Assembly: GCA_965197645.1 (NCBI GenBank)
Contig: OZ240219.1
Coordinates: forward strand, 544,001 to 608,000
Source of the DNA: Dehalococcoidia bacterium
GTDB lineage: Bacteria > Chloroflexota > Dehalococcoidia > Plut-88900
Length of the DNA: 64,000 nt
Reading direction: 5' to 3'
The first letter of the stretch is position 1, and every line of letters begins with the position of its first letter. The position numbers were made by a program, and so were the translations under genes. Of this stretch, positions 49,386 through 60,888 are shown in pieces. The notes beneath the pieces were generated by a model. It had not been told where the DNA came from. It made no database searches and saw only the letters and a list, made by a program, of their open reading frames with translations.

Positions 49386-49389
49386 GGCT

Positions 49390-50313
49390 TCAGCTCAGCT
49401 CTTGCAGCGCCAGCTCAAGCTGCTCGGGGTTGGGGGCCTTGCCATGGAAGTCGGCGTTGTGCTCCATAAAGCTGACCCCCTTGCCCTTGACCGTCCGGGC
49501 TATGATCACTGTTCTACTGCCGTCCCGCTCTCGAGACCCCTCCAGGGCGCCGACAACCTGCTCCAGATGGTGGCCATCTATCTCGACTACCTTCCACCCG
49601 AAGGAGCGCCACTTGTCTGCCAGGGGCTCCAGATTCATCACCTCATCAGTGCGACGATCGTTCTGGATCAGGTTCCTATCGACGATGGCGACGATGTTGT
49701 CTAGGCCATAGTGGGTTGCGAACATGGCGGCTTCCCAGATCTGGCCTTCGTCGCACTCGCCATCACCCAGCATTACATAGACGGTGTAGCCCTGATCGTC
49801 GAGCCGGCCCGCCAGCGCCATGCCGACCCCGAAGGAGAGTCCCTGCCCCAGCGAGCCGGAGCACTGCTCGACTCCCGGGGTCATTGTGTGGGCATGGCCC
49901 TGAAGCCGGCTGTTCAGCTTTCGAAAGGTAAGCAACTCATCGGTGGAGAAGTATCCCGCTTCCGCCAGCGTCGAGTACAGCACCGGAACGCAGTGGCCTT
50001 TGCTCAACACAAACCGGTCACGGTACAGCCAGTGAGGATTGGCTGGGTCGTGACGCATCACCCGAAAGTAGAGGGCCGTGATCAGCTCGGTGGCTGAAAG
50101 GGAGCCGCCGGGATGGCCGCTGCCGGCCTTGGCGGTCATCCTGACGATGTGACGACGTATCTCCAGGGCCTTGGCCTCCATCTCCTCGAAGGAAAGGCCG
50201 CTCAGCGCGGACCCGATGTGAGGTTCGGCCGCAGGGGTATATCCGTCTGTAGAAGCAGCGGCCCCGGCCGTCGATCTCGACGCCGAGGCCGCCTGAGTTT
50301 CAGAATTTTCCAT
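49390..50313 (-). CDS. Transketolase, N-terminal subunit
   Basis: SGHPGGSLS, DRFVLSKGH, GSLGQG, GDGECDEGQIWEA, KGKGVSFME. Confidence 0.94.
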   Translation of the reverse strand: MENSETQAASASRSTAGAAASTDGYTPAAEPHIGSALSGLSFEEMEAKALEIRRHIVRMTAKAGSGHPGGSLSATELITALYFRVMRHDPANPHWLYRDRFVLSKGHCVPVLYSTLAEAGYFSTDELLTFRKLNSRLQGHAHTMTPGVEQCSGSLGQGLSFGVGMALAGRLDDQGYTVYVMLGDGECDEGQIWEAAMFATHYGLDNIVAIVDRNLIQNDRRTDEVMNLEPLADKWRSFGWKVVEIDGHHLEQVVGALEGSRERDGSRTVIIARTVKGKGVSFMEHNADFHGKAPNPEQLELALQELS

Positions 50314-50546
50314 CTAAATGGGTTCTAAATCGAAATAGGCCATCTCACCTTCGGCGCCCGAATTATAGACCAACAGTTGTGGGTTTACAATTGTTTTTCA
50401 GCCCCCGGAGGTCGGTGCGCTCGGCAGCGTGTTTGTCTATTGAGCTTGTCTCAAAGATCACGTGATCTCGTAGTTTCACTCGAACATCCTCTCTGGGAGT
50501 GCCGCACATGTTTCATAACATACAAGAGTTTGGGCGAAAAACTCCC

Positions 50547-50575
50547 TTGACAGCATATTGGGCTGATGCTAGAGT
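50547..50575 (+). promoter_or_regulatory. Promoter of str operon
   Basis: TTGACA-17 nt-TAGAGT with TG extension, 100 nt before rpsL. Confidence 0.65.
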
Positions 50576-50675
50576 GTCCGTTTGTCACCACTTTACATCT
50601 AGGCGTGAAACGGGACGGTCGCCAGGCGAGGACAGGGCGTCCGGCCGGCACCGAAAAATAGGAGAGCTTTAGAGA

Positions 50676-51110
50676 ATGCCCACGGTTAGCCAGCTGATAA
50701 GGAAGGGGCGGAAGAAGGTCACCAAGAAGACCAAAGCCCCGGCTCTCCGCGTATCCTACAACGCACTGACAAACAGGCAGGGCAGAAGCTCCAACTCGCC
50801 TCAGAAGAGGGGGGTATGCATCCAGGTCAGGACCGTTACGCCCAAGAAGCCAAACTCGGCCCTCAGGAAGGTGGCCCGGGTGAGGCTGACGAACCAGATG
50901 GAGGTGACGGCATATATTCCCGGTGAAGGCCACAACCTCCAGGAGCACTCGGTGGTGCTGATCAGAGGCGGAAGGGTACGGGATCTGCCCGGGGTAAGGT
51001 ATCACATCGTGCGGGGAACTCTGGACGCCGCAGGGGTGGGCGATCGAAAGCGAGGACGAAGCAAGTACGGAAGTAAGAAGACCAAGACCCCGGGTGCAGA
51101 TATAGTCTAA
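50676..51110 (+). CDS. rpsL: 30S ribosomal protein S12
   Basis: [34 protein letters not shown]. Confidence 0.98.
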   Translation: MPTVSQLIRKGRKKVTKKTKAPALRVSYNALTNRQGRSSNSPQKRGVCIQVRTVTPKKPNSALRKVARVRLTNQMEVTAYIPGEGHNLQEHSVVLIRGGRVRDLPGVRYHIVRGTLDAAGVGDRKRGRSKYGSKKTKTPGADIV

Positions 51111-51121
51111 CCCGTTCTTTC

Positions 51122-51149
51122 AGAGGCCGCTTTTGCGGCCTCTTTTTGT
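51122..51149 (+). terminator. Intrinsic terminator-like hairpin between rpsL and rpsG
   Basis: AGAGGCCGC-TTTT-GCGGCCTCT-TTTTGT. Confidence 0.7.
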
Positions 51150-51280
51150 CCCTGGTCTCCACCGGCAGGAGCGATTTGGGGACCGGGAGATGCGTAAACC
51201 TCAGGATATCCATATATAGGTGAATCTGTGTCCAGTTTGTACAGGAAGTTGTATTCGGATAGATAAGATGGGAGCACCTG

Positions 51281-51751
51281 ATGTCCAGGCGTAGAAGGGC
51301 GGAGAAGCGCCCAATAGCGCCCGATCCCAAGTACCACAACGGTACCCTGGGTCGGTTCATCAACAAGGTGATGATCGGTGGCAAGAAGACCACCTCGGAG
51401 CGGATCATCTACTCGGCCTTCGATAGGATCGAGACGTCGGAGAAGAGGAATCCACTCGAGGTGTTCGAGCAGGCCATTCGCAACGCCACTCCCCTGCTGG
51501 AGGTCAAGCCCAGGCGGGTCGGCGGAGCTACCTACCAGGTGCCCATCGAGGTCCGATCGGAGAGGAGTCTCGCCCTGGCTATGCGATGGATAATCGGCGC
51601 CTCCCGGGCCAGGACGGGCCGTCCCATGGCCCAACGCCTGGCGGAGGAGCTGATCGAGGCCTCCAAGGGCCAGGGAACGGCAGTCAAACGTCGAGAGGAC
51701 CTTCATAGAATGGCAGAGGCCAACCGGGCCTTCGCCCACTACAGGTGGTAA
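51281..51751 (+). CDS. rpsG: 30S ribosomal protein S7
   Basis: [28 protein letters not shown]. Confidence 0.98.
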   Translation: MSRRRRAEKRPIAPDPKYHNGTLGRFINKVMIGGKKTTSERIIYSAFDRIETSEKRNPLEVFEQAIRNATPLLEVKPRRVGGATYQVPIEVRSERSLALAMRWIIGASRARTGRPMAQRLAEELIEASKGQGTAVKRREDLHRMAEANRAFAHYRW

Positions 51752-51766
51752 CGGCAGTTCATAGTC

Positions 51767-53878
51767 ATGTCACAGGTACAGACTCTTAAGAAAGACACCA
51801 AAACCAGCAGCCGCGGCTCGCCGCTGGAGCGGATCCGAAACATCGGATTCATCGCTCACATAGACGCGGGCAAGACCACCGTCACCGAAAGGGTCCTCTA
51901 CTACACCGGCCGCATCTACAAGATGGGCGAGGTCCACGAAGGCACCACCGTCATGGACTGGATGGACCAGGAGCGGGAGCGGGGCATAACCATTACCGCC
52001 GCGGCCACAACGTGTGAATGGAAAGCCCACACGGTAAACATCATCGATACTCCCGGCCACGTCGACTTCACCGCCGAGGTGGAACGGAGCCTGAGAGTGC
52101 TGGACGGCGGCGTGGTGGTCTTCGATGCCGTGGCCGGCGTCGAGCCCCAGTCCGAAACGGTCTGGCGCCAGGCCAATAGGTACAGTGTGCCCCGGATCTG
52201 CTTTGTCAACAAGATGGACCGTGTCGGCGCCGACTTTTATAGAACCATCGACATGATAATAAATCGACTGGAGGCGACTCCGGTCCCCATACAAATGCCC
52301 CTGGGTTCCGAGCTGGAGTTCAGGGGCTTTGTAGACCTAGTGGAAAACCAGGCCGTCATCTTCCCCGATGACGACTCGGCAGACCCCATAATCGAGCCGG
52401 TCCCGGAGGACTACGCCCAGGATGCGGCTAAATACCGGGAAGCTCTGCTGGAGAAGGTCGCCGAGGTGGACGACGATCTGATGGCCAAGTACCTGGAGGG
52501 TGAACCCTTCACGGTAGATGAGATCAAGACCGGCCTTCGCAAGGGCACCATAACCAACCAGTTCGTGCCTGTGCTCTGCGGCAGCGCCCTCAAAAACAAG
52601 GGCATCCAGCGGATGCTGAACGCCGTCATCGACTACCTGCCTTCGCCTCTGGACGTCCCACCGGTCACAGGCCAGGACCCCAAGACCGAAAAGGAGCTGG
52701 TGAGGGAGCCTTCGGAAAAGGACCCCCTCGCCGCATTGGCCTTCAAGGTGGTAACCGACCCCTTCGTTGGAAGGTTGGTCTACTGCCGAGTCTACTCGGG
52801 CAAGGTCAAGTCAGGCGCAACGGTGTACAACAGCACCCAGGGCTACAGGGAACGGATAGGGAGGCTGCTGCGGATGCACGCCGACCGCCGTGACGAGCTC
52901 CCCGAGGCATCAGTCGGCGACATCATCGCCGCTATAGGCCTCAAGAACACCTTCACCAGCAACACTATCTGCGATGTTCACGCCCCCATCGTCCTCGAAT
53001 CCATCTCCTTCCCGGAACCCGTCATCTCAGTGGCGGTGGAGCCCAGGTCTAGAGTGGACGAGGACAAGCTGAGGGACGCCCTATCCAAGATGTCCGATGA
53101 GGACCCCACACTGGATATCCGCTACGAAGACGAGACGGGCCAGACGGTGATAGCCGGCATGGGAGAGATGCACCTGGAGGTGACCGTCGAGCGGATCAAG
53201 CGGGAACAGTCCGTCGAGGCCCGCATCGGCAAGCCCCAGGTGGCCTACCGAGAGACGATTAGAGTCCCAACCACCGCCGTGGGAAGGCTGGTCAAGCAGA
53301 CGGGAGGCCACGGCCAGTTCGCCCACGTGGTGATAGAGCTGGAGCCTCTGGAGCCGGGACAGGGCTTCCAGTTCGAGAACGAGGTCAGGGGAGGCGACAT
53401 TCCCCAGGAATTCATACCCTCCGTGGAGCGAGGCATCAGGGACGCACTCTCCACCGGGGTGCTGGCCGGCTACCCACTGGTAGACCTGAAAGTGACGCTG
53501 GTGGACGGTAGTCACCACCCCGTAGATTCCTCCAACCTGGCCTTCCAGATTGCGGGAAGCATGGCCCTGAAGGAGGGCGTCCGAAAAGCGAGACCCGTAT
53601 TGCTAGAGCCGATAATGAACCTGGATATCACCACGCCTGGCGAGTTTCTGGGCGACATCCTGGGGGACATAAACTCTCGGAGGGGCAAGATCAAGGGGAT
53701 AGAGGGCCGGGCAGACCTGCAAAGCATCCGCGCCCAGGTTCCCCTGTTCGACTCCTTTGGCTATACTACCCACATTCGCTCCCTCAGCCAGGGGCGCGCC
53801 GTCCACTCCATGGAGTTTTCCCACTACGAACCCGTCCCTCAGAAGACGGCGGAGTTGATCGTTGCCAGGGGCCGGTAA
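51767..53878 (+). CDS. fusA: Elongation factor G
   Basis: [34 protein letters not shown]. Confidence 0.98.
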   Translation: MSQVQTLKKDTKTSSRGSPLERIRNIGFIAHIDAGKTTVTERVLYYTGRIYKMGEVHEGTTVMDWMDQERERGITITAAATTCEWKAHTVNIIDTPGHVDFTAEVERSLRVLDGGVVVFDAVAGVEPQSETVWRQANRYSVPRICFVNKMDRVGADFYRTIDMIINRLEATPVPIQMPLGSELEFRGFVDLVENQAVIFPDDDSADPIIEPVPEDYAQDAAKYREALLEKVAEVDDDLMAKYLEGEPFTVDEIKTGLRKGTITNQFVPVLCGSALKNKGIQRMLNAVIDYLPSPLDVPPVTGQDPKTEKELVREPSEKDPLAALAFKVVTDPFVGRLVYCRVYSGKVKSGATVYNSTQGYRERIGRLLRMHADRRDELPEASVGDIIAAIGLKNTFTSNTICDVHAPIVLESISFPEPVISVAVEPRSRVDEDKLRDALSKMSDEDPTLDIRYEDETGQTVIAGMGEMHLEVTVERIKREQSVEARIGKPQVAYRETIRVPTTAVGRLVKQTGGHGQFAHVVIELEPLEPGQGFQFENEVRGGDIPQEFIPSVERGIRDALSTGVLAGYPLVDLKVTLVDGSHHPVDSSNLAFQIAGSMALKEGVRKARPVLLEPIMNLDITTPGEFLGDILGDINSRRGKIKGIEGRADLQSIRAQVPLFDSFGYTTHIRSLSQGRAVHSMEFSHYEPVPQKTAELIVARGR

Positions 53879-53930
53879 CAGGGTGCTATCCATCCGAAGG
53901 ATGAGTCCTACATAGACAAGGATGATAACC

Positions 53931-54239
53931 ATGCCCAAGCAGAAGATAAGAATACAGCTCAACGCCTACGACCATAAGATACTGGACCAGTCCGCCGAGC
54001 AGATAGTCGATGCGGCGGAGCGCACGGGAGCCGGTGTCGTTGGTCCCATTCCTCTGCCCACCAAGATCAAGAAGTTCTGCGTAACCAGGGCATCCAATAT
54101 AGACAAGGACTCTCGAGAGCAGTTTGAGATACGGACCCACAAGAGGCTGATAGAGGTGCAAGACCCGACCAACAAGACCATCGATGCGCTGACCCTACTC
54201 AATCTGCCCGGCGGCGTAGACATCGAGATCAAGCTGTAA
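53931..54239 (+). CDS. rpsJ: 30S ribosomal protein S10
   Basis: [22 protein letters not shown]. Confidence 0.97.
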   Translation: MPKQKIRIQLNAYDHKILDQSAEQIVDAAERTGAGVVGPIPLPTKIKKFCVTRASNIDKDSREQFEIRTHKRLIEVQDPTNKTIDALTLLNLPGGVDIEIKL

Positions 54240-54246
54240 GAACACC

Positions 54247-54861
54247 ATGACCAACGGCATTCTAGGCCTGAAACTGGGCATGACCCAGACCTTCAACGAA
54301 GACGGCACTATGGACGCGGTGACGGTCATAGAGGCCGGTCCGTGCACCGTTACCCAGGTCAAGACCGTCGAGAACGACGGCTACCAGGCAGTGCAGATCG
54401 GTTTCGGTCAGGCCAAGCGGCTCAACAAACCGAGGCACGGGCATCTGAAAGACCTGGGCGATTTCAAGCATCTGAGGGAGTTCAGGACGGAAGACGTTTC
54501 AGACAGCGAGCGGGGCGCCCAGATAGACGTAGGCATCTTCCAGGCCGGAGATAAGGTGGACGTCACCGGCACCTCCAAGGGCAAAGGCTTCGCCGGCACG
54601 GTAAAGAGACATAACTTCGCCGGCGGGCCCAAGACCCACGGCCAGTCCGATAGGCATCGGGCGCCGGGCTCCATCGGCGCCGGCAACACCCCCGGTCGGG
54701 TGCTCAAGGGCCAGAAGATGTCTGGGCACATGGGAAGCGAAAGGGTCACCGCCAGAAACCTTACCGTCGTGCAGATCGATCCGGACCGCAGTCTGTTGCT
54801 TCTAAAAGGGTCCGTGCCGGGCTCCGTCAACGGACTGGTCGTGGTCAAAAAATCGAGATAG
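54247..54861 (+). CDS. rplC: 50S ribosomal protein L3
   Basis: [25 protein letters not shown]. Confidence 0.97.
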   Translation: MTNGILGLKLGMTQTFNEDGTMDAVTVIEAGPCTVTQVKTVENDGYQAVQIGFGQAKRLNKPRHGHLKDLGDFKHLREFRTEDVSDSERGAQIDVGIFQAGDKVDVTGTSKGKGFAGTVKRHNFAGGPKTHGQSDRHRAPGSIGAGNTPGRVLKGQKMSGHMGSERVTARNLTVVQIDPDRSLLLLKGSVPGSVNGLVVVKKSR

Positions 54862-54874
54862 CAGTCCAAAAACT

Positions 54875-55705
54875 ATGAAAATACCGCTAAAAGACGCCTC
54901 GGGTAAAGAGGTGAAAAAGGTCGATGTAAAGGACTCCCTCTTTGGGCTCGTCGTAACACCGGCGTTGCGCGGCGTCATCCACCAAGCGGTGGTACGACAG
55001 CAGGCCAACGCCCGGCGAGGCACGGCGGCGACCAAGAGCAGGGGACAGGTCGCAGGCAGCACTCGCAAGCTGTTCATCCAGAAAGGAACGGGAAGGGCCA
55101 GGGCCGGCAGCATCCGCTCCCCCATTCGCAGGGGCGGCGGCGTTGCATTTGGGCCCCACCCCAGAAGCTACGATAAGAAGATGCCCAAGAAGATGCGCCG
55201 TCTCGCATTGAAGGGAGTCCTCTCCGCCAAGCTTGCCGATGACCGGCTGGTGGTGGTGGACGATCTCGATATAAAAGAGCCGCGGACCAGGGACATGGTA
55301 CTGCGACTCAACGCGTTGGGCGCCACCTCCTCCGCCCTGGTGGTCACCCCGGAACCCCAGGAAAGCGTCATCAAATCGGCCCGCAACCTGGATCGGGTAA
55401 CCACTCTCCCCGCCCCTTATCTCAACGTCGTGGACCTGTTGAGGCACGACCTGGTAGTCATGGAGCTGGGCGCCGTGCGCAAAGCCGAGGAGATATGGGC
55501 GCCGGACGCGGACGGACCGAGCGTGGCTGAGGCCGAGGCGCCCGCTGCCGAAATCGAGGCCCCGCCGGCGGACGAGACAGCGAAACCGGTCGAGACGGAA
55601 GCCGAGGCTCCTTCGGAGTCCGTAGACGAGGAGAAGCCGAAGAAGCGGGCCACGACCCGGCGTAAGCGCACGCCCAAACCGAAAGCCGAACCGGAAGAGA
55701 AGTAG
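54875..55705 (+). CDS. rplD: 50S ribosomal protein L4 with long C-terminal extension
   Basis: QKGTGRARAG, RGGGVAFGP. Confidence 0.96.
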   Translation: MKIPLKDASGKEVKKVDVKDSLFGLVVTPALRGVIHQAVVRQQANARRGTAATKSRGQVAGSTRKLFIQKGTGRARAGSIRSPIRRGGGVAFGPHPRSYDKKMPKKMRRLALKGVLSAKLADDRLVVVDDLDIKEPRTRDMVLRLNALGATSSALVVTPEPQESVIKSARNLDRVTTLPAPYLNVVDLLRHDLVVMELGAVRKAEEIWAPDADGPSVAEAEAPAAEIEAPPADETAKPVETEAEAPSESVDEEKPKKRATTRRKRTPKPKAEPEEK

Positions 55706-55708
55706 AGT

Positions 55709-55993
55709 ATGGAACTGCTGGAGGTTATCCGCAGACCGGTCATAACCGAGAAGAGCACCGCTCTTCAGGAGCGGGGCAAGTACGCCTTCGAGGTAGCAAG
55801 AAAGGCCACCAAGCCCCAGGTCAAGGCCGCAGTGGAGAAGGCCTTCACCGTGAACGTGACCAAAGTCAACATCATCACCGTTCAGCCCAAGACGAAAATG
55901 GTAAGACGCAACCGGATAAAGACCCGGTCCTGGAAGAAAGCGATAGTTACTCTGGCCAAGGGTCAGCAGATAGAGCTGTTCGAAGGGGTTTAG
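55709..55993 (+). CDS. rplW: 50S ribosomal protein L23
   Basis: PVITEKS, WKKAIVTL. Confidence 0.96.
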   Translation: MELLEVIRRPVITEKSTALQERGKYAFEVARKATKPQVKAAVEKAFTVNVTKVNIITVQPKTKMVRRNRIKTRSWKKAIVTLAKGQQIELFEGV

Positions 55994-55996
55994 GGC

Positions 55997-56827
55997 ATGC
56001 CGCTGAAGAACTACAAGCCTACGTCACCCGGCAGGAGACACGCCACCGGCGCCTCCTTCGATGAGATCACCAAGAGCAAGCCGGAGAAGAGCCTGCTGCG
56101 GCCCCTGAAAAAGAAGGCCGGCAGAAACGTCCGCGGCAAGATCACGGTGCGTCACAGAGGCGGAGGAGCCAAGCGCCGTCTGCGGATAATCGATTTCAAG
56201 CGGAACAAACCCGACGTGCCCGGCAAGGTCGCTTCCATCGAGTACGATCCGAACCGCACGGCCCGCATAGCCCTCATACACTATCTGGACGGCGAGAAAC
56301 GGTACATCCTGGCACCACTGGGGCTGCAGGTCGGAACGATGATCGTATCGGGAGACAAGGTGGAGATCAAATCGGGCAACGCCCTGCCTCTGCGGGATAT
56401 CCCAACCGGGACCGTAGTACATAATATAGAGATGAAGCCCGGTCGAGGCGGACAGATGGTCCGGAGCACAGGGACGGGGGCACAGGTGCTGGCGAAGGAC
56501 GGGAACCACACCCTGCTGAGGCTGCCTTCGGGAGAGCTGAGGCGGGTCGAAAGCCTGTGCATGGCCACCATCGGTCAGATAGGCAACCCGGACCATAAGA
56601 ACATCAAGCTGGGGAAGGCGGGCCGAAACCGGTGGCGGGGACGTCGCCCATCGGTCAGGGGCTCGGCCATGAGCCCCAGGGACCATCCCCACGGAGGCGG
56701 AGAGGGTAGGTCGCCCATCGGGCTTCCGGGGCCCAAGACGCCCTGGGGGAAGCCGACTCTGGGTTACCGAACACGGAACAAGAAGAAGAGCTCCAGCAAG
56801 ATGATAGTGAGAGGCCGGAGGAGGTAG
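55997..56827 (+). CDS. rplB: 50S ribosomal protein L2
   Basis: [23 protein letters not shown]. Confidence 0.98.
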   Translation: MPLKNYKPTSPGRRHATGASFDEITKSKPEKSLLRPLKKKAGRNVRGKITVRHRGGGAKRRLRIIDFKRNKPDVPGKVASIEYDPNRTARIALIHYLDGEKRYILAPLGLQVGTMIVSGDKVEIKSGNALPLRDIPTGTVVHNIEMKPGRGGQMVRSTGTGAQVLAKDGNHTLLRLPSGELRRVESLCMATIGQIGNPDHKNIKLGKAGRNRWRGRRPSVRGSAMSPRDHPHGGGEGRSPIGLPGPKTPWGKPTLGYRTRNKKKSSSKMIVRGRRR

Positions 56828-56829
56828 CC

Positions 56830-57114
56830 GTGTCCAGATCGATCAAGAAGGGGCCGTTCGTGGACGCCAAGCTGATGAAGAAGGTCAGGGCGGCGATGAA
56901 CAGCCGGGAGAAGGTGATAATCCGCACCTGGTCCCGCGCTTCGATGATCGTTCCCGATATGTTGGGGCAGACCATAGCAGTGCACGACGGACGCAGACAC
57001 ATACCAGTCTTCATAACCGAGAACATGGTGGGGCACAAGTTGGGAGAGTTCGCGCCGACGCGGGTGTTCCGTGGACACACGGGCCGCTCCGAGCGTGTTA
57101 GCCAGATGAGGTAA
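56830..57114 (+). CDS. rpsS: 30S ribosomal protein S19
   Basis: [21 protein letters not shown]. Confidence 0.98.
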   Translation: MSRSIKKGPFVDAKLMKKVRAAMNSREKVIIRTWSRASMIVPDMLGQTIAVHDGRRHIPVFITENMVGHKLGEFAPTRVFRGHTGRSERVSQMR

Positions 57115-57216
57115 GGCAGTACTGGGAACGAATGAAGGCTCCCCGGGCGCATTAACGCTCCGGCAGCTACCCGTACCGAGCAACAGACCCGTCCCAATAA
57201 TCCGAGTACCGAAAAA

Positions 57217-57558
57217 ATGGAAGTAAGGGCAAGTACAAAGAACCTGGGGGTATCGCCGAAGAAACTGCGACACGTTGTCGACGCGGTGCGCGGTCTACAG
57301 GTGGACGACGCTCTGAACATCCTGAAGTTCACCCCCTCACCCACAGCCAGGGTTGTCGCCAAGACCGTGAACTCGGCGGCGGCCAACGCCGAGAACAACT
57401 TTCAGCTGATCAGGGACGAGCTGAAAATAAAGAGAATCAGTGCCGACGATGGGACCAGGCTCAAGAGGTTTCGGCCCCGGCCTCGCGGCCGCGCCGCACC
57501 GATATACCGGCGATTCAGCCGCCTCACCGTGGTGGTCGCCGACGAGGGAGGAGAGTAG
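57217..57558 (+). CDS. rplV: 50S ribosomal protein L22
   Basis: SPKK, SAAANAENN, RFRPRPRGRA; operon position. Confidence 0.95.
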   Translation: MEVRASTKNLGVSPKKLRHVVDAVRGLQVDDALNILKFTPSPTARVVAKTVNSAAANAENNFQLIRDELKIKRISADDGTRLKRFRPRPRGRAAPIYRRFSRLTVVVADEGGE

Positions 57559-57561
57559 TAA

Positions 57562-58464
57562 GTGGGACAGAAGACCCACCCCATAGGCTTCCGATTGGGC
57601 ATCATCAAGGACTGGGATGCCAAGTGGTTCGCGTCGAAAGGCACCCAGTACCGAAAGCTCCTCTCCGAGGACATGAGCATCCGCAACACCATCACCTCCA
57701 CCCACACCGACGCCGGAATCTCCAAGGTGGAGATAGAACGAGGCGCCAACGAGATTATTACGACCATCCACACCGCCCGGCCCGGCATCGTCATAGGACG
57801 AGGCGGCCAGCGGGTGGACGAGCTGAGAAGGGTGCTGGAGGGGAAGACCGGCCGAAGGGTGAGGCTAAACATCTCCGAGATCTCACAACCGGAGCAGGAT
57901 GCCTACCTGGTGGCCAGGAACATAGCCGACCAGCTGGAGCGAAGGATCTCCTACCGGAGGGCCATTCGACAGGCGGTGACGCGATGTATGCAGGCCGGTA
58001 TTCAGGGGATCAAGATCATCGCATCGGGTAGGTTGGGCGGCGCCGAGATCGCCCGGGTGGAGAAGGCCCGGGAGGGGCGGGTGCCCCTTCACACCCTGAG
58101 AGCCGACATCGACTACGGCCTGGCCGAAGCCCGCACCACCATGGGGGTCATCGGCATCAAGGTGTGGATCTACAAAGGAGAGATCCTGCCCAAGCCCAAG
58201 GAAGTGGAGGCCGAGGAGCTCCAACCCATCAGCGTCACCATAAGCAGCGCCAAGGCGGCGGAGGAGGCGGAAGCGGAAGCGGCCGCAGCAGCCGCGGCCC
58301 TGCAGGCCGAAGCAGAGGCTGCGGGAGCAACCGTTGCTACGAAAGAGGCGCCAGCCCCGGCAGAGGCGCAGGTTGAGGCGAAGCCGGCAGCCCAGGTTAC
58401 TAAGCCGGAGCCTGTCGTAGAAGCGCAGGAAGAAAAGGCAGATGCTACAACCAAAGAGGGTTAA
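57562..58464 (+). CDS. rpsC: 30S ribosomal protein S3 with Ala/Glu-rich tail
   Basis: [34 protein letters not shown]. Confidence 0.97.
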   Translation: MGQKTHPIGFRLGIIKDWDAKWFASKGTQYRKLLSEDMSIRNTITSTHTDAGISKVEIERGANEIITTIHTARPGIVIGRGGQRVDELRRVLEGKTGRRVRLNISEISQPEQDAYLVARNIADQLERRISYRRAIRQAVTRCMQAGIQGIKIIASGRLGGAEIARVEKAREGRVPLHTLRADIDYGLAEARTTMGVIGIKVWIYKGEILPKPKEVEAEELQPISVTISSAKAAEEAEAEAAAAAAALQAEAEAAGATVATKEAPAPAEAQVEAKPAAQVTKPEPVVEAQEEKADATTKEG

Positions 58465-58858
58465 GTACCGGAAGGCCCATCGCGGCAGGCGGAGAGGCAA
58501 GGCCCACAGCGGCTCGGCACTGACCTTCGGGGAGTTCGGGCTGAAGGCCGATTCCGCCGCTTGGGTCACCAACCGGCAGATCGAAGCGGCCCGGCGGGCC
58601 ATCACCCACCACGTAAAGCGCGGCGGGCAGATATGGATCCGCATATTCCCCGATAAGCCGGTGACCGCCAAACCGCTGGAGACCCGGCAGGGCAGCGGCA
58701 AGGGCAACGTAGATCACTGGGTGGCAGTGGTCAAACCGGGCAGGATGCTATTTGAGCTAGGGGGCGTGGAGAAGGAGATAGCCAGGGAGGCGATGATGCT
58801 AGCCTCCCACAAGCTGCCCGTATCCACTAGATTCGTCGCCAGAGAGGACTATCCGTAG
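58442..58858 (+). CDS. rplP: 50S ribosomal protein L16
   Basis: [23 protein letters not shown]. Confidence 0.97.
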   Translation: MLQPKRVKYRKAHRGRRRGKAHSGSALTFGEFGLKADSAAWVTNRQIEAARRAITHHVKRGGQIWIRIFPDKPVTAKPLETRQGSGKGNVDHWVAVVKPGRMLFELGGVEKEIAREAMMLASHKLPVSTRFVAREDYP

Positions 58859-58860
58859 GT

Positions 58861-59058
58861 ATGAAACCGGGTGACATAAGAGCGCTTACAGTCGTGGACC
58901 TCCAGCGGGAGTTGGAATCCGGTTACCGGGAGCTGTTCAATCTGCGCATCCGCATGGCGACGAAGCAGCTCACCAATCACAGGGAGCTGAGAAACGTCAG
59001 GAGAAATCTGGCCCGTTTGAAGACCATCGCCAGGGAAAGGGAGCTGGCCCAGGGATAG
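58861..59058 (+). CDS. rpmC: 50S ribosomal protein L29
   Basis: ELFNLR...RRNLARLKT; operon position. Confidence 0.93.
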   Translation: MKPGDIRALTVVDLQRELESGYRELFNLRIRMATKQLTNHRELRNVRRNLARLKTIARERELAQG

Positions 59059-59060
59059 CT

Positions 59061-59384
59061 ATGGCGGGAAGAAAGAAAAGCAACGTAGGGCAGGTGGTCA
59101 GCGACAAGATGGACAAGACCGTAGTGGTGCAGGTAGACCGATACCGGGTCCACAGACTGTACAAACGTCGCATCAAGCGGGTGTCCCGGTTCAAGGCCCA
59201 CGACGAAAACAACAGCTGTCATCTAGGCGATACCGTTCGCATCGTGGAGACCCGCCCCCTTTCCAAGGAGAAGCGCTGGATGGTGGCGGACATCCTGACC
59301 AGGGGAGACGTCGCCGAGACCCAGCCCGGAGAACTGGCTGAAGATATGGAGCGAGAACAGGAAAGTGATAAGAGTTCAGAGTAG
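59061..59384 (+). CDS. rpsQ: 30S ribosomal protein S17
   Basis: [23 protein letters not shown]. Confidence 0.96.
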   Translation: MAGRKKSNVGQVVSDKMDKTVVVQVDRYRVHRLYKRRIKRVSRFKAHDENNSCHLGDTVRIVETRPLSKEKRWMVADILTRGDVAETQPGELAEDMEREQESDKSSE

Positions 59385-59733
59385 ACTTCAAGTGGCCGAT
59401 AACTCGGGCGCCCGGGAGATCATGTGCATAAACGTGCCCGGCGGCACCGGCAAGCGGTACGCCCGCGTGGGTGACACGATAGTGGCCTCGGTCAAGGAGG
59501 CCACGCCCGCCGCCCCCGTGAAGAAGGGGGATGTAGTACGGGCCGTGGTGGTCCGGGTCGCTAAGCCCTATCGACGGCCGGACGGCACCTACATCAGGTT
59601 CGATCAGAACGCCGCCGTGGTGCTCAGCGATAAGAACAACCCTCAAGGGACCCGCATATTCGGGCCCGTGGCTCGAGAGCTCCGGGAGAAGAACTACACC
59701 AGGATCGTGTCCCTGGCCCCCGAGGTGCTGTAA
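59365..59733 (+). CDS. rplN: 50S ribosomal protein L14
   Basis: [27 protein letters not shown]. Confidence 0.98.
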   Translation: MIRVQSRLQVADNSGAREIMCINVPGGTGKRYARVGDTIVASVKEATPAAPVKKGDVVRAVVVRVAKPYRRPDGTYIRFDQNAAVVLSDKNNPQGTRIFGPVARELREKNYTRIVSLAPEVL

Positions 59734-59737
59734 GAGG

Positions 59738-60055
59738 ATGAACATCCAGAAGAACGATGTCGTAGCGGTGACCGCCGGCAAAGACAAGGGCAAGCGGGGC
59801 AGGATATTTCGCATCCGACCCGGAGAGGGCGCCGTCCACGTGGAGGGCATCAACATGGTCAAACGGCACATGCAGCCCAAGCCCAACGTCCGGCAGGCTG
59901 GGATCATCGATAGGGAGTCCCCTATACACATCTCCAACCTCAAGCTGGTCTGCCCCATGTGCGACAAGCCTACCAAGGCCCTGACCAGACGAGCCGGCGC
60001 CACCGGCAAAGAGAAGACCAGAGTATGTAAGCTGTGCCAGGCGGTAATAGAATGA
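59738..60055 (+). CDS. rplX: 50S ribosomal protein L24
   Basis: GKDKGK KOW motif, VEGIN, E.PIHISN; CxxC pairs. Confidence 0.96.
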   Translation: MNIQKNDVVAVTAGKDKGKRGRIFRIRPGEGAVHVEGINMVKRHMQPKPNVRQAGIIDRESPIHISNLKLVCPMCDKPTKALTRRAGATGKEKTRVCKLCQAVIE

Positions 60056-60672
60056 CCACCGAGAGCAAAGCCAAGTCCAAATCAAAGGCGAAGGCGAAGG
60101 CCAAGGCCCCCGCCCAGAACGGGTACAAGGCTCGTCTGAAGGTCAGGTACGAGGAAGAGATAGTCTCCGCTCTGCTCCAGGAGTTCGGCTACTCCAACCG
60201 GATGCAGGCGCCCAAGCTGGAGAAGGTGGTGCTGAACATCGGCATGGGGGAGGCCCTTCAGAACGCCAAAGCCATAGAGGCCGCCACCAACGACCTGGAG
60301 ACGATCTCGGGCCAGCACCCGGTGACCACCAAGGCCAGGAAATCGGTGGCCAACTTCAAGGTGAGAGAGGGGAACATAGTCGGGCTGATGCTGACCCTCC
60401 GCGGCGCCCGGATGTACGAGTTCCTGGACCGGCTCATCAACGCCGGCCTGCCTCGAATCCGGGACTTCCGCGGCGTATCGTCCACCGCGTTCGATGGCCG
60501 GGGAAACTATAGCCTGGGCCTTCGAGACCAGACCATGTTTCCGGAGATAGATTACGGACAGTTGGACCGTCTGAGAGGTCTGCAGATAACCATCGTGACC
60601 AGCGCCAAAACCGATGATGAGGCCCGAAGTCTTCTGACCCACTTCGGGATGCCCTTTACACGGACGGGGTAG
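60052..60672 (+). CDS. rplE: 50S ribosomal protein L5
   Basis: [22 protein letters not shown]. Confidence 0.97.
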   Translation: MTTESKAKSKSKAKAKAKAPAQNGYKARLKVRYEEEIVSALLQEFGYSNRMQAPKLEKVVLNIGMGEALQNAKAIEAATNDLETISGQHPVTTKARKSVANFKVREGNIVGLMLTLRGARMYEFLDRLINAGLPRIRDFRGVSSTAFDGRGNYSLGLRDQTMFPEIDYGQLDRLRGLQITIVTSAKTDDEARSLLTHFGMPFTRTG

Positions 60673-60675
60673 ACA

Positions 60676-60861
60676 ATGGCCAGATCAGCAAAGATAGCAA
60701 AGTGGCAAAAACCTCCCAAGTACCGGGTGCAGCACCGCAACCGCTGCACTCTTTGCGGCAGGCCTAGAGGCTACATAAGGCATTTCGGCCTGTGCCGCAT
60801 ATGTTTTCGAGAGCTGGCCCTGGAGGGCCGGCTGCCCGGAGTAAGAAAATCCAGCTGGTAA
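60676..60861 (+). CDS. rpsN: 30S ribosomal protein S14 type Z (zinc)
   Basis: [24 protein letters not shown]. Confidence 0.97.
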   Translation: MARSAKIAKWQKPPKYRVQHRNRCTLCGRPRGYIRHFGLCRICFRELALEGRLPGVRKSSW

Positions 60862-60888
60862 CAGCCACTCGATAGGAAAGATAAAGAA

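Noticed and set aside
48447-50313. Split transketolase as a broken gene
   Set aside because: Two-subunit transketolases are a well-known intact form.
53879-53930. tuf missing between fusA and rpsJ
   Set aside because: To my knowledge this order is normal in Dehalococcoidia, with tuf elsewhere; a taxonomic hint rather than a novelty.
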